DNA of 64,000 nt. Source: Acidobacteriota bacterium. Lineage in GTDB: Bacteria > Acidobacteriota > UBA890 > WLXD01. Every line of letters begins with the position of its first letter. Position 1 is the stretch's first letter. Below are positions 39,757 through 49,648 of this stretch, in pieces. The stretch covers positions 992,001-1,056,000 of the forward strand of contig CBDBHB010000008.1 of the NCBI GenBank assembly GCA_965205505.1, given 5' to 3'. A model generated the notes under the pieces. It was not told the DNA's origin, searched no databases, and saw only the letters and a program-made list of their open reading frames with translations. Made by a program: the position numbers and the translations under genes.

Positions 39757-41445
39757 ATGCTCCGAACGTCGCTCATCGAGAAAACGGTGGTCGCTCTTTG
39801 CGTCTGCCTTCCTGTGTTGGCCCAAGATTCAGGACCCGAGCCCTCGCCGGTGGAAAGGGTCGACGAGGTGTTCTCCCGATGGGACACGACCACGGGTCCA
39901 GGCTGCGCCGTTTCCGTCGTCGAAAACGGCGAGATCGTCTACAAGCAAGCCTACGGGATGGCGAACCTCGATCACGACGTTCCCATCCGCGCCGACACGA
40001 TCTTCCACGTGGCGAGCGTGTCGAAGGAGTTCACCGCCGCCGCGATCGCGCTCCTGGCCATGGAGGGTCGGCTGTCGCTGGACGATCCGGTTCGAAAGCA
40101 CCTGCCATGGGTCCCTGACTTCGGACATACGATCACCATTCGAAACCTGATCCACCACAATAGTGGCATCCGCGATCAATGGGCCCTGCTGGAAATGACC
40201 GGCTGGAGATACTCCCGCGACCGGATCACCGACGACGATGTCATCTATCTCATCAAGCGACAGCGAGATCTCAACTTCCTGCCCGGAGAACGATACCTCT
40301 ACTCCAATAGCGGCTACACGTTGATGAGCCAGATCGTTCAGGCGGTCAGCGGACAATCGCTACGGGAGTTCACGACCGGCCGGATCTTCGAGCCGCTGGG
40401 CATGACGCGCACCCACTTCCGCGACGATTTCTCCGAGATCGTCAAGGGCCAAGCGTTCGGCTACCGCTGGGACGATGAAGCATCCGCCTTCCGTCTGAGC
40501 GTCACCAACTTCGACACCGTGGGCGCGACCAGCTTGCTGACCACGGTCGAGGACATGGCCCGGTGGGACCGGAACTTCATCGACGCCGCGGTCGGGGGAA
40601 AGGAGCTCCTCGATTTGATCCATGAGCCTGGGCGACTCAACAGCGGAAAGGAGCAGGACTACGCGTTCGGGCTCGTTCACGGAGCCTATCGTGGGCTCCG
40701 AACAGTAGGCCACGGAGGCTCGGACGCCGGCTACCGCGTACACTTCGTTCGATTCCCGGATCAGGGTTACAGCTTCGTGGTGCTGTGCAACCTGGCACAG
40801 ACGAACCCGGCGCGACTGACACGGGAGCTCGCCGACATCTACCTCGAGGGGCATCTGGATCCGGCCGACAGCGAAGAACCCGCCACGATGAACCCCGTCG
40901 CCCTGACGGACGAGGAGGTGTCCCACATCGAAGGTGTCTACTGGTCCGACGGCTTCGCGTCGGTCCTGCGAGTCGATCGTCGGGAGAATTCCGTCCAGCT
41001 CAGTTTCGCCGGGCAGGAATTCGAGATGATCCACACCGGCAACGGCCTGTTCTCCGTGCCCACGGTGGATCTCCTGTTGCGGTTCGAACCCGCGGCGCAA
41101 GGTGCCCAGCGGGCGCTCTTTTGGTTTGCCGACGATCCATCGAGCATCGAGGAGGCGGACAGGGTCCCTCCCATCGAGCTGTCCGAAGGCAGTCTCGGTG
41201 AGTTCGCCGGCGAGTACCAGAGTCCCGAGCTGGCGGTGACCTATCACATCGATCTGAACCAAGGGCAGCTGATCATCCACTGGCTCAAGCGGGATCCGTC
41301 GAAGTTGACCCCGCTGGCGGAGGACCTGTTGACGGCAGACGGCGTCGGAGCGCTCCGTTTCCAACGCGACGCGAGCGGTCAGGTCACCGGATTCACCCTC
41401 GACTCCGGACGTGTGAGGAACTTCCGATTCGAGCGCGCCAGATGA
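39757..41445 (+). CDS. Serine hydrolase (beta-lactamase/AmpC-like)
   Basis: FHVASVSK (SxxK), YLYSNSGY (YxN), HGG, IFEPLGM. Confidence 0.92.
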   Translation: MLRTSLIEKTVVALCVCLPVLAQDSGPEPSPVERVDEVFSRWDTTTGPGCAVSVVENGEIVYKQAYGMANLDHDVPIRADTIFHVASVSKEFTAAAIALLAMEGRLSLDDPVRKHLPWVPDFGHTITIRNLIHHNSGIRDQWALLEMTGWRYSRDRITDDDVIYLIKRQRDLNFLPGERYLYSNSGYTLMSQIVQAVSGQSLREFTTGRIFEPLGMTRTHFRDDFSEIVKGQAFGYRWDDEASAFRLSVTNFDTVGATSLLTTVEDMARWDRNFIDAAVGGKELLDLIHEPGRLNSGKEQDYAFGLVHGAYRGLRTVGHGGSDAGYRVHFVRFPDQGYSFVVLCNLAQTNPARLTRELADIYLEGHLDPADSEEPATMNPVALTDEEVSHIEGVYWSDGFASVLRVDRRENSVQLSFAGQEFEMIHTGNGLFSVPTVDLLLRFEPAAQGAQRALFWFADDPSSIEEADRVPPIELSEGSLGEFAGEYQSPELAVTYHIDLNQGQLIIHWLKRDPSKLTPLAEDLLTADGVGALRFQRDASGQVTGFTLDSGRVRNFRFERAR

Positions 41446-43580
41446 AGATTCCGCGGGGCGCGCCCCTGCGTCGCAAGAGCCAGCGCCGGTGGTTGTTCGC
41501 CGAGTTGATCGTGTTGTGCGCTTGCGCCGCACAGCTGTCGGATGCCGCCCAAACGTCCCGCGAGGTGGACGACATCGCGCTGGCGGACGAATCCCGCGGC
41601 GAGGACTGGCTGGCGTTCGGCCGCACCTACAGCGAGCAACGCTTCAGCCCACTGACCCAGATCAACACCTCCAACGTCGCCGAACTGTCGGTCGACTGGT
41701 ATCTCGATCTACCCAACGACCGGGGCCTGGTGTCGACTCCGCTGGTCGTCGACGGAGTGCTGTATTTCAACGGCAGCATGAACATCGTGCGGGCCGTCGA
41801 CGCCGCCACCGGTGCGCTCCTCTGGGAGTACGACCCGAAGGTCATGGAGCGTGTCGGCAGCCGCCGCTCACGCGTCGGCTGGGACCATAACCGCGGTATC
41901 GGCTTCTGGAAGGGCAAGGTCTACCTCGCCACCTGGGACGGCATTCTCGTTGCGCTCGATGCCGCCACCGGGGGCGAGCTGTGGAGCACGGCGACGATCG
42001 ATCCGGACCTTCACTACTTCATCACCGGCGCCCCCAAGATCTTCAAGGGGAAGGTGCTGGTGGGCAACGGCGGCACCGAGCTCGGCGCGTCGCGCGGCTA
42101 CGTCACCGCCTACGACGCCGAGACCGGCGAGCAGGCCTGGCGTTTCTGGATCGTGCCCGGCAACCCCGCCGACGGCTTCGAGAACGAGGCCATGGAGATG
42201 GCCGCCGAGACCTGGACCGGTGAGTGGTGGAAGTATGGCGGTGGCGGCAACGCCTGGCACGGGTTCACCTACGACGCCGACCTCGACGTGCTCTATGTCG
42301 GCACCGGCAACGGCTCGCCCTGGAATCAGAAGATCCGCAGCCCCGGCGGCGGCGATAACCTGTTCCTGTCGTCCATCGTCGCCCTCGATCCCGACACCGG
42401 CGAGTACCTCTGGCACTACCAGACGAACCCGGGAGAGACCTGGGACTACAACTCCAACATGGATATCGTCCTGGCCGATCTAACGATCGACGGGCGCACC
42501 GTGAAGGCGATCCTCCACGCGCCCAAGAATGGCTTCTTCTACGTCATTGATCGCGAAACCGGAAAGCTGATCTCCGCGGAATCCTTCACCGAGGTCACCT
42601 GGGCGACAGGAATCGATCTCGCGACCGGCCGCCCGATCGAGGTTCCGGGAGCCCGGTTCGAAGATCGACCGGCGAGCGTCGCACCAGGACCGAACGGAGG
42701 CCACAGCTGGCACGCCATGTCGTACAGCCCGATGACCGGGTTAACGTACATGCCGGTGCTCCACCAGTCGGTCACCTACAGCGACGAGGGCATTGACCTG
42801 GCGGGCTGGCGATCGCCGCTGCGGCAGGAGTTCAGCACCGGCGTCTCGACGATCGCCTCGAGCCCTTCCCGTGCCGACGGCGTTCGCGGATCGTTGCAGG
42901 CATGGGACCCGGTGCGTCAGGAGCTCGCCTGGGAGATTCCACTGCACGGCTACTGGAACCCCGGAACCATGACGACGGCCGGAAACCTGGTCTTCCAGGG
43001 ACGCGCCGACGGCAACTTCGTGGCCTACGACGCGAACAGCGGCGAGGAGCTCTGGATGTTCGACCTCGGCCTGGGCATCTCCGCCCCCCCAATCACCTAT
43101 GCGATCAACGGGCGCCAGTACGTCGCGCTGCTCGTCGGCTGGGGTGGATCGCTGGCCGCGTTCGGGGGCGAGCTCGGCGCATCCCACGGTTGGGCCTACG
43201 GGGTTCATGAGCGACGCCTGGTCGCGTTCTCCCTCGACGGCGAGGTCGCCCTTCCGGTCTTGCCTCCACCGGAGGTTCCGGTGCCGATCCGGGCGGCGGA
43301 CTTCGATGTCGACGTTGCGATGGCCCGGCAAGGGGCTGGCGGCTATCGCATGTGCGTCTACTGCCACGGTGGCGGCGCGCTGGCTTCAGGAATGGCGCCC
43401 GATCTCAGAGCCTCGCGCGTCGTGCTCTCGGACATCGCCTTCGCCACCGTGGTACGCGACGGCTCCCGCCTGGCGCGCGGAATGCCAGCCTACCCGGAGC
43501 TCACCGACGAGGAGCTTCTGACGCTGCGCCACTACATTCGGCAGCAGGCCGAGCGCGCCGCGAACGGCGGCTCGAGATAG
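41442..43580 (+). CDS. Quinohemoprotein (PQQ + heme c) dehydrogenase, paralog 1
   Basis: FGRTYSEQRFSPL, GNGGTE, GTGNGSPWN, WDYNS, APKNGFFY, C-terminal CVYCH. Confidence 0.92.
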   Translation: MKIPRGAPLRRKSQRRWLFAELIVLCACAAQLSDAAQTSREVDDIALADESRGEDWLAFGRTYSEQRFSPLTQINTSNVAELSVDWYLDLPNDRGLVSTPLVVDGVLYFNGSMNIVRAVDAATGALLWEYDPKVMERVGSRRSRVGWDHNRGIGFWKGKVYLATWDGILVALDAATGGELWSTATIDPDLHYFITGAPKIFKGKVLVGNGGTELGASRGYVTAYDAETGEQAWRFWIVPGNPADGFENEAMEMAAETWTGEWWKYGGGGNAWHGFTYDADLDVLYVGTGNGSPWNQKIRSPGGGDNLFLSSIVALDPDTGEYLWHYQTNPGETWDYNSNMDIVLADLTIDGRTVKAILHAPKNGFFYVIDRETGKLISAESFTEVTWATGIDLATGRPIEVPGARFEDRPASVAPGPNGGHSWHAMSYSPMTGLTYMPVLHQSVTYSDEGIDLAGWRSPLRQEFSTGVSTIASSPSRADGVRGSLQAWDPVRQELAWEIPLHGYWNPGTMTTAGNLVFQGRADGNFVAYDANSGEELWMFDLGLGISAPPITYAINGRQYVALLVGWGGSLAAFGGELGASHGWAYGVHERRLVAFSLDGEVALPVLPPPEVPVPIRAADFDVDVAMARQGAGGYRMCVYCHGGGALASGMAPDLRASRVVLSDIAFATVVRDGSRLARGMPAYPELTDEELLTLRHYIRQQAERAANGGSR

Positions 43581-43738
43581 CACGGCCCGCGCCCCACCGG
43601 TTGCTGCATATGTACCCGATCAGCCGCTCGAGATTCCGGCAGACGGGTTCGTTGTCCGAGCTGCTGTGTGCTACTAGAGTCCTGAGACTCGGTCGGCCGA
43701 AGATCTCGCCGCACGACCCGCACCGTAAGCGAGAGCCC

Positions 43739-45484
43739 ATGACACCGCGCTGGCGCATCCTCTTCAGCACTCTGCCTTTGCTCGCCTGCTTCTCGGCCGC
43801 TTGCGCCATCGGCGTCGATGAAGACTTCGACATTCTGATCGAGAATGGAATGGTCATTGATGGAACCGGGACTCCCTGGTTCCAAGCGGACGTCGGGATC
43901 AGCGGCGGTTCGATTGTCGCGGTGGGCGATCTCACCTCCAAGACTGCCCGAAAGACCATCGACGCTGCGGGACTGGTCGTTTCTCCGGGGTTCATCGACC
44001 TGCACGCTCACCCAGAGCGTGGCTTCAGCCAACCGGGTTCCAGCGCAAATCTCAATTATCTGGTCCAGGGTGTGACCACAGTCGTCACGGGAAACGACGG
44101 CGGGGGCACCTTCAGGGTTGCCGAGACCAAGGCGAATTGGGAAGGGCTCGGTATTGGAACCAACGCGGTCCACCTGGTCGGATTCGGTGCGGTCCGAGAG
44201 GAAGTCATGGGGGTGGAAACGCGTGCGCCTGTGCCGGACGAACTGGCGAAGATGCGATCGTTGGTTCGACAGGCGATGGAGGAGGGTGCCTGGGGAATGA
44301 GCTCGGGCTTGGAGTACGTTCCTGGCCGCTATGCCACTACCGAGGAGATCATCGCGGTGGCGAAAGTCGTCGGTGAGTTCAGTGGGATCTACTCGAGCCA
44401 CCAGCGCAACGAGTTCGACGGCGTGCTGGAGGCTACCAGGGAGACGATCAGAATCGCCGAAGAAGCCGGGGTGCGCGGCAACTCGACTCATCTCAAGATC
44501 GCGCGAAAAAACAACTGGGGGATGATGCAGGAGCTCATCGAGCTCATCAACGCGGCTCGGGCTCGAGGCGTGGAAGTGGGTGCCGACATGTACCCGTATC
44601 ACTTCGCATCGGGCGGTCCGATTCTGCCGATAGCGAGCAACCGTGGCTGGGCCCCCTTCCATCTTCCCAGCGACCTGGAGCCGTTTGCAGAGCTCAGACG
44701 AAGACTGAGCGACCGGAGCTTGCCGGATTCCGAGAGACAGGCGCTGAGGGCTCGCTACGTCGATGAGCTGGCGGACGCCCTGTCCGACGAGTCAAAGCGG
44801 GAGCAGATAAGAGAGTCGGTGCTCGTGGGCACGCCCGACAGACCGAGCTCTGTGGCTCTGGCGGGCTGGGATAGCTATCTGGTCGTGGTGGCCGACAAGA
44901 ACGCGGATCTGATAGGGCAGATCCTCTCCGACGTGGCGGAAGAACAGAACAGAGATCCTTTCGATGTTGCTGCAGAGCTCGTCATCGACGAGCCGGACCT
45001 GTACGTCGCTTGTGGGGTCATGTCGGAGGACGACATGAAGCTGGCGATGGCGCAGGATTGGCTGATGTTCTCCAGTGACGGAAACGCATCGCCCCTTGTG
45101 GAGGAGTCCGATGCGCCCAGCATCAGTCATCCGCGCTCTTTTGGTAGTCAAGCCAGAGTGCTCCGCAGGTACGTCAGGGATCAGGCAGTCCTGACATTAG
45201 AGGATGCCATCCGGAAGATGACCTCCCTTCCGGCCGGGTTTCTTCGAATGACCGATCGAGGGCTGCTCGTGAGCGGATACAAGGCGGATGTCGTCATATT
45301 CGACCCTGAGAACATCCGGGAGAACGCCACTCACGCTGATGCCCACCAGTACAGCACGGGGGTGCATTTCGTCCTCGTAGATGGAATCCTCGCGATAGAA
45401 GAGGGCGAGCACACCGGTGCGCTGCCGGGGAAGCTACTGACGCCCCATCGGGAGGGACCCGGGACGAACGTCGGGTTCCCCTGA
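43739..45484 (+). CDS. N-acyl-D-amino-acid deacylase family amidohydrolase
   Basis: PGFIDLHAH, GMSSGLEYVPG, SHQRNE, DMYPY, SSDG, HPRSFG, AIRKMTSLPA. Confidence 0.9.
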   Translation: MTPRWRILFSTLPLLACFSAACAIGVDEDFDILIENGMVIDGTGTPWFQADVGISGGSIVAVGDLTSKTARKTIDAAGLVVSPGFIDLHAHPERGFSQPGSSANLNYLVQGVTTVVTGNDGGGTFRVAETKANWEGLGIGTNAVHLVGFGAVREEVMGVETRAPVPDELAKMRSLVRQAMEEGAWGMSSGLEYVPGRYATTEEIIAVAKVVGEFSGIYSSHQRNEFDGVLEATRETIRIAEEAGVRGNSTHLKIARKNNWGMMQELIELINAARARGVEVGADMYPYHFASGGPILPIASNRGWAPFHLPSDLEPFAELRRRLSDRSLPDSERQALRARYVDELADALSDESKREQIRESVLVGTPDRPSSVALAGWDSYLVVVADKNADLIGQILSDVAEEQNRDPFDVAAELVIDEPDLYVACGVMSEDDMKLAMAQDWLMFSSDGNASPLVEESDAPSISHPRSFGSQARVLRRYVRDQAVLTLEDAIRKMTSLPAGFLRMTDRGLLVSGYKADVVIFDPENIRENATHADAHQYSTGVHFVLVDGILAIEEGEHTGALPGKLLTPHREGPGTNVGFP

Positions 45485-45526
45485 TTCACACGGAGCCCTA
45501 CCCCGCGCATCGGAGGGCTTCGTACG

Positions 45527-47230
45527 TCAGGCGATCGTCGCCCAGTTCTCGACGAGATGGTCGGCGGTTCGCCAGGCGAGCGCCTGCGCCGTGAGCGTCG
45601 GATTGTGCGCACCGCTGGTGCCCATCACCGATGCTCCGAGGACGCCGAGGTTGGGCGCCTCGTGCGAGAACCCCCAACAGTCGACGACGTTGGTGTCGGG
45701 ATCGTCGCCCATGCGGGTGCCGCCGTATGCGTGAGTCGTCGGGCCCATCGTGCCAATGCCGTTCTTCACGGTGTCCACCGCGCCGGCCTCCGTGAACCAC
45801 TGCACCATCTTGTCCTGCACGAAAGCGGAGAGCTTCCTCTCGTTGTCCTTGTAGCCGGCAGTGATGCGGCACACGGGGTACCCGAGCGGATCGGTCACGG
45901 TGGGGTGTAGGTCGAGATAGTTGCCTTCGTACGGCAGCGTCGTCGTCTGGATGTACGCCCAGGTCCAGCGGTCGGCGTTGTCGGCAATGAACGCCTTCCA
46001 GTCGGAGCCCCACCGAGGCGCCCGCCCGAACGTGTTCATGCTCGCGGCGCTGATCGCGCGTCTCTCGGTGTAGATCCACAGGTTTGCCCCACCGATGAAA
46101 TCGAGCCCCGCGTGGTCGAAGTTGTCGTCCGCCCAGTCGTCGATCGCCACGCCCTGCCCGGGGGTGCCATACCAGTTGTTCAGATCGTGCGGGAAGAGCG
46201 CCAACACCCCGCCGTTCTGACTGTGGCTGAGATAGTGCCCACCGACCTGCCCGTGGTTGTTCGACAGCCCGTTCGGGAACGCGGCCGACCTCGAAAGCAG
46301 CATGAGTCGGACGTTCTCGTACGTGTAGCTGGCGAGAAGCACTACGGAGGCCGGCTGGAAGTACGTCTCGTCGCCCTTGAAGTAACGGACGCCGCTAACG
46401 CGGCCGTGGGCGTCCACCTCGATGCTGGTGACGTGGGCTCGCGTGACGACGTCCAGGCGGCCCGTTTCCTGGGCCTTCGGGATCGTCGTGACCGCGGTCG
46501 AGCTCTTGGCGCTGACGTGACAGCCGCCGCGACCGCAGAAACCGTGGTAGACGCAGGCCGATCGGTCGCCGTAGGGCCTCGAGTTGATCGCCGCCGGCCC
46601 CGGGAACGGATGCCACCCGAGCCGTCGCGCCGCCCCGGTCATGAGCTCGGTGAACCCGGTGCCCCGCAGCGGCGGCATGGGGTAATCGCGACGTCGCGGC
46701 CCCTCGAAGATGTTGCCGCGCGGGTCGATCTCACCGCCGATGTTCCCCGCCTGGCCCGACACGCCGATCTCGTGTTCCACCCTGTCGTAGTACGGCTCGA
46801 GCTCCTCGAGACCGAGAGGCCAGTCCTGCACGGTAGAATCGGCCGGAATTCTCTCGGCGCCATACCTGCGCGTCGTCTCGCTGACGACCTTGCAATCCCA
46901 CGGGTTGAGGCGCCAGCTCTGCGCCCAGTAGTGCAGCGTGGTACCTCCGACCGCGTTCATCATCGGGTGGACGGTTGCGCGGGGCGAGTCGGGCGACGCC
47001 GCGTCGGGCCGGTGCACGGGTATCTCCCGGTTCGCCTTCTGCACCGCCCGCGGCCAGCCGCGCACGTTGTTCTGCAGCTCGTCGGGAGCGAAGTCAGACG
47101 GCGAATGCCACTCTCCGGCCTCCAGACCGATCACCTCGAGACCGGCTTCAACGAGCGGCAGGGCCGCGACGCCACCGGCGGCGCCCAGGCCGACGATGAC
47201 GACGTCAGTCTTCCTCAGCTCAACTGCCAC
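45527..47230 (-). CDS. GMC oxidoreductase, gluconate 2-dehydrogenase flavoprotein-like
   Basis: VVIVGLGAAGG, VGGTTLHY, CVYHGFCGRGGC, THAYGGTRMG, NPTLTAQAL; probable GTG start at 47230. Confidence 0.9.
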   Translation of the reverse strand: MAVELRKTDVVIVGLGAAGGVAALPLVEAGLEVIGLEAGEWHSPSDFAPDELQNNVRGWPRAVQKANREIPVHRPDAASPDSPRATVHPMMNAVGGTTLHYWAQSWRLNPWDCKVVSETTRRYGAERIPADSTVQDWPLGLEELEPYYDRVEHEIGVSGQAGNIGGEIDPRGNIFEGPRRRDYPMPPLRGTGFTELMTGAARRLGWHPFPGPAAINSRPYGDRSACVYHGFCGRGGCHVSAKSSTAVTTIPKAQETGRLDVVTRAHVTSIEVDAHGRVSGVRYFKGDETYFQPASVVLLASYTYENVRLMLLSRSAAFPNGLSNNHGQVGGHYLSHSQNGGVLALFPHDLNNWYGTPGQGVAIDDWADDNFDHAGLDFIGGANLWIYTERRAISAASMNTFGRAPRWGSDWKAFIADNADRWTWAYIQTTTLPYEGNYLDLHPTVTDPLGYPVCRITAGYKDNERKLSAFVQDKMVQWFTEAGAVDTVKNGIGTMGPTTHAYGGTRMGDDPDTNVVDCWGFSHEAPNLGVLGASVMGTSGAHNPTLTAQALAWRTADHLVENWATIA

Positions 47231-47411
47231 GGCACGTCCCCGGTGTGGAGAATCCGTCCCACTCATATCACGGTTCACGAGGAAGCCAAAGGGCGGCAAC
47301 CCCCATGCGCCCTACCGGTTACGGCGTCGTCTTTCGGAGCTTCGACAGCGTCGTTCCGTTGCCGGCTTCGACTCCCATCGCTAGAGTCTGGGCGGCGCGC
47401 TCCCCTTTGGG

Positions 47412-49598
47412 ATGGCCGACATCGGCAAGAACACAGAGGCTTGTCCATTGAACCGCCCGGGAATGCTGACTCGAGGAAGCTGCTACTCGCTACTTCTCAC
47501 GACGATGGCGTTGTTCGTCGGCGCCGCGCAATCCTCGCGCGCGGCGCAATCCGCTGGCACGACACAAGCCTCCGACGCGGTGGACGACCGGGCGCTGGCC
47601 GACGAGTCGCGCGGTGATGACTGGCTGGCCTTCGGCAAGACATACAGCGAGCAACGTTTCAGCCCGCTCGCCCAGATCAACGCGTCGAACGTGGCCGACC
47701 TGACGGTCGACTGGTATTTGGACTTGCCGAACGACCGGGGTCTAACGTCCACCCCGCTCGTCGTCGACGGGGTCCTCTACTTCATCGGCAGCATGAACGT
47801 CGTGCGCGCCGTCGACGGGGCCACCGGCGAGATGCTCTGGGAGTACGACCCGGACATCGTCGGACACGCCGCATACCGCATGCGGGCGGGCTGGGACCAC
47901 AACCGGGGCATCGGCTTCTGGCAGGGCAAGGTCTACGTCGCCACCTGGGACGGTCGACTCAACGCCGTCGACGCCACCACCGGCGAGGAGCTTTGGAGCG
48001 TGATGACGGTCGACCCGGCTGTTCACTACTACATCACCGGTGCCCCCAAGATCTTCAAGGGCAAGGTGCTGATCGGCAATGGCGGCACCGAGCACGGCGC
48101 GGCGCGCGGCTACGTCACCGCCTACGACGCGGAGACCGGTGAGCAGGCGTGGCGCTTTTGGATCGTGCCCGGGAACCCCGCCGACGGGTTCGAGAACGAC
48201 GCCATGGCGATGGCCGCCGAGACCTGGACTGGCGAGTGGTGGAAGTACGGCGGCGGCGGCAACGCCTGGCACGCGTTCACCTATGACGCCGAGCTCGACG
48301 TTCTCTACATCGGCACTGGCAACGGATCGCCGTGGAACCGGAAGATCCGCAGCCCCGGCGGCGGCGACAACCTCTTCCTGTGCTCCATCGTTGCCCTCGA
48401 TCCCGATACCGGCGAGTACCTGTGGCACTACCAGACGACGCCAGGCGAGACCTGGGACTACAACTCCAACATGGACATCGTCCTCGCCGATCTCACCATC
48501 GACGGACGCGAGGTCAAGGCGATCCTCCACGCCCCCAAGAACGGCTTCTTCTACGTGATCGACCGAGAGACCGGGAAGCTGATCTCGGCCGAACCCTACG
48601 CCGAGGTCAGCTGGGCGACGGAGATCGATCTGCAGACCGGGCGGCCGGTGGAGGTCGAGGGCGCGAGATACGAGGATCGACCGGCGCGGGTCACGCCTTC
48701 GTTCGCCGGCGCGCACAACTGGCACGCCATGTCGTACAGCCCGCTGACCGGATTGGCATACATACCTGCAATCCACCTCGCCATGATGTTCAGCGACGAG
48801 GGTATCGACCTCGAAGCCTGGGAGTCGCCCGTGGGACGAGGAGGCACGGGGGTATCAACCACGACGGTCGGCTCTTCAAGGTCGGACGGAGTCCTGGGTT
48901 CCCTGCGGGCGTGGGACCCCCTACGGCAGGAGCTCGCATGGGAGATTCCGCTGCCCGGTCTGTGGAACGCCGGAACGATGACGACAGCCGGCAACCTGGT
49001 GTTCCAAGGCCGCACCGACGGAACCTTCGCGGCCCATGGCGCCAGGACCGGCGAGACGCTGTGGACATTCGACATGGGTTCGGGGATCTCGGCGCCTCCG
49101 ATCACCTACGCGATCGACGGACGCCAGTACGTGGCCCTGCTCGTGGGCTGGGGCGGCGTGTGGGCGGGGATCGGCGGCACTGAGGCGGCCGCACATGGAT
49201 GGGCGTATGGAGTTCATCCGCGCCGACTGGTGGCCTTCTCCCTCGATGGCAGCACCGAGCTACCACCCTCGCCGCCGCCCGTGGTCCCGGTCCCGATCCG
49301 CGCTCCCGACTTCGTCGTCGACGGAGACCTGGCGCGGCAAGGCGCCGGCGAGCACGGCGGCCGGTGCGGCGGCTGTCACGGTGGAGGCCTGGTGGCGGGA
49401 GGTCAGGCACCCGACCTGCGAGCATCCGGCGTCGTGCTCTCGGGCATCGCGTTCGCGACCGTCGTACGCGACGGCTCGCGCCAAGCTCGCGGTATGCCAG
49501 CCTATCCGGAATTCACCGCCGAGCAGTTGCTGGCAATGCGTCATTACATCCGCCACGCGGCCGAGCAGGCGCTGGCCGGCACGGACCAGGAACGATAG
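47412..49598 (+). CDS. Quinohemoprotein (PQQ + heme c) dehydrogenase, paralog 2
   Basis: Closely similar to 41442-43580; CGGCH heme motif; the start may be 47463 or later. Confidence 0.92.
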   Translation: MADIGKNTEACPLNRPGMLTRGSCYSLLLTTMALFVGAAQSSRAAQSAGTTQASDAVDDRALADESRGDDWLAFGKTYSEQRFSPLAQINASNVADLTVDWYLDLPNDRGLTSTPLVVDGVLYFIGSMNVVRAVDGATGEMLWEYDPDIVGHAAYRMRAGWDHNRGIGFWQGKVYVATWDGRLNAVDATTGEELWSVMTVDPAVHYYITGAPKIFKGKVLIGNGGTEHGAARGYVTAYDAETGEQAWRFWIVPGNPADGFENDAMAMAAETWTGEWWKYGGGGNAWHAFTYDAELDVLYIGTGNGSPWNRKIRSPGGGDNLFLCSIVALDPDTGEYLWHYQTTPGETWDYNSNMDIVLADLTIDGREVKAILHAPKNGFFYVIDRETGKLISAEPYAEVSWATEIDLQTGRPVEVEGARYEDRPARVTPSFAGAHNWHAMSYSPLTGLAYIPAIHLAMMFSDEGIDLEAWESPVGRGGTGVSTTTVGSSRSDGVLGSLRAWDPLRQELAWEIPLPGLWNAGTMTTAGNLVFQGRTDGTFAAHGARTGETLWTFDMGSGISAPPITYAIDGRQYVALLVGWGGVWAGIGGTEAAAHGWAYGVHPRRLVAFSLDGSTELPPSPPPVVPVPIRAPDFVVDGDLARQGAGEHGGRCGGCHGGGLVAGGQAPDLRASGVVLSGIAFATVVRDGSRQARGMPAYPEFTAEQLLAMRHYIRHAAEQALAGTDQER

Positions 49599-49648
49599 CC
49601 GCCTTTGCCGAGCCGCCTGATTGACCGCTCCCCCGATCGGAGAACGGA

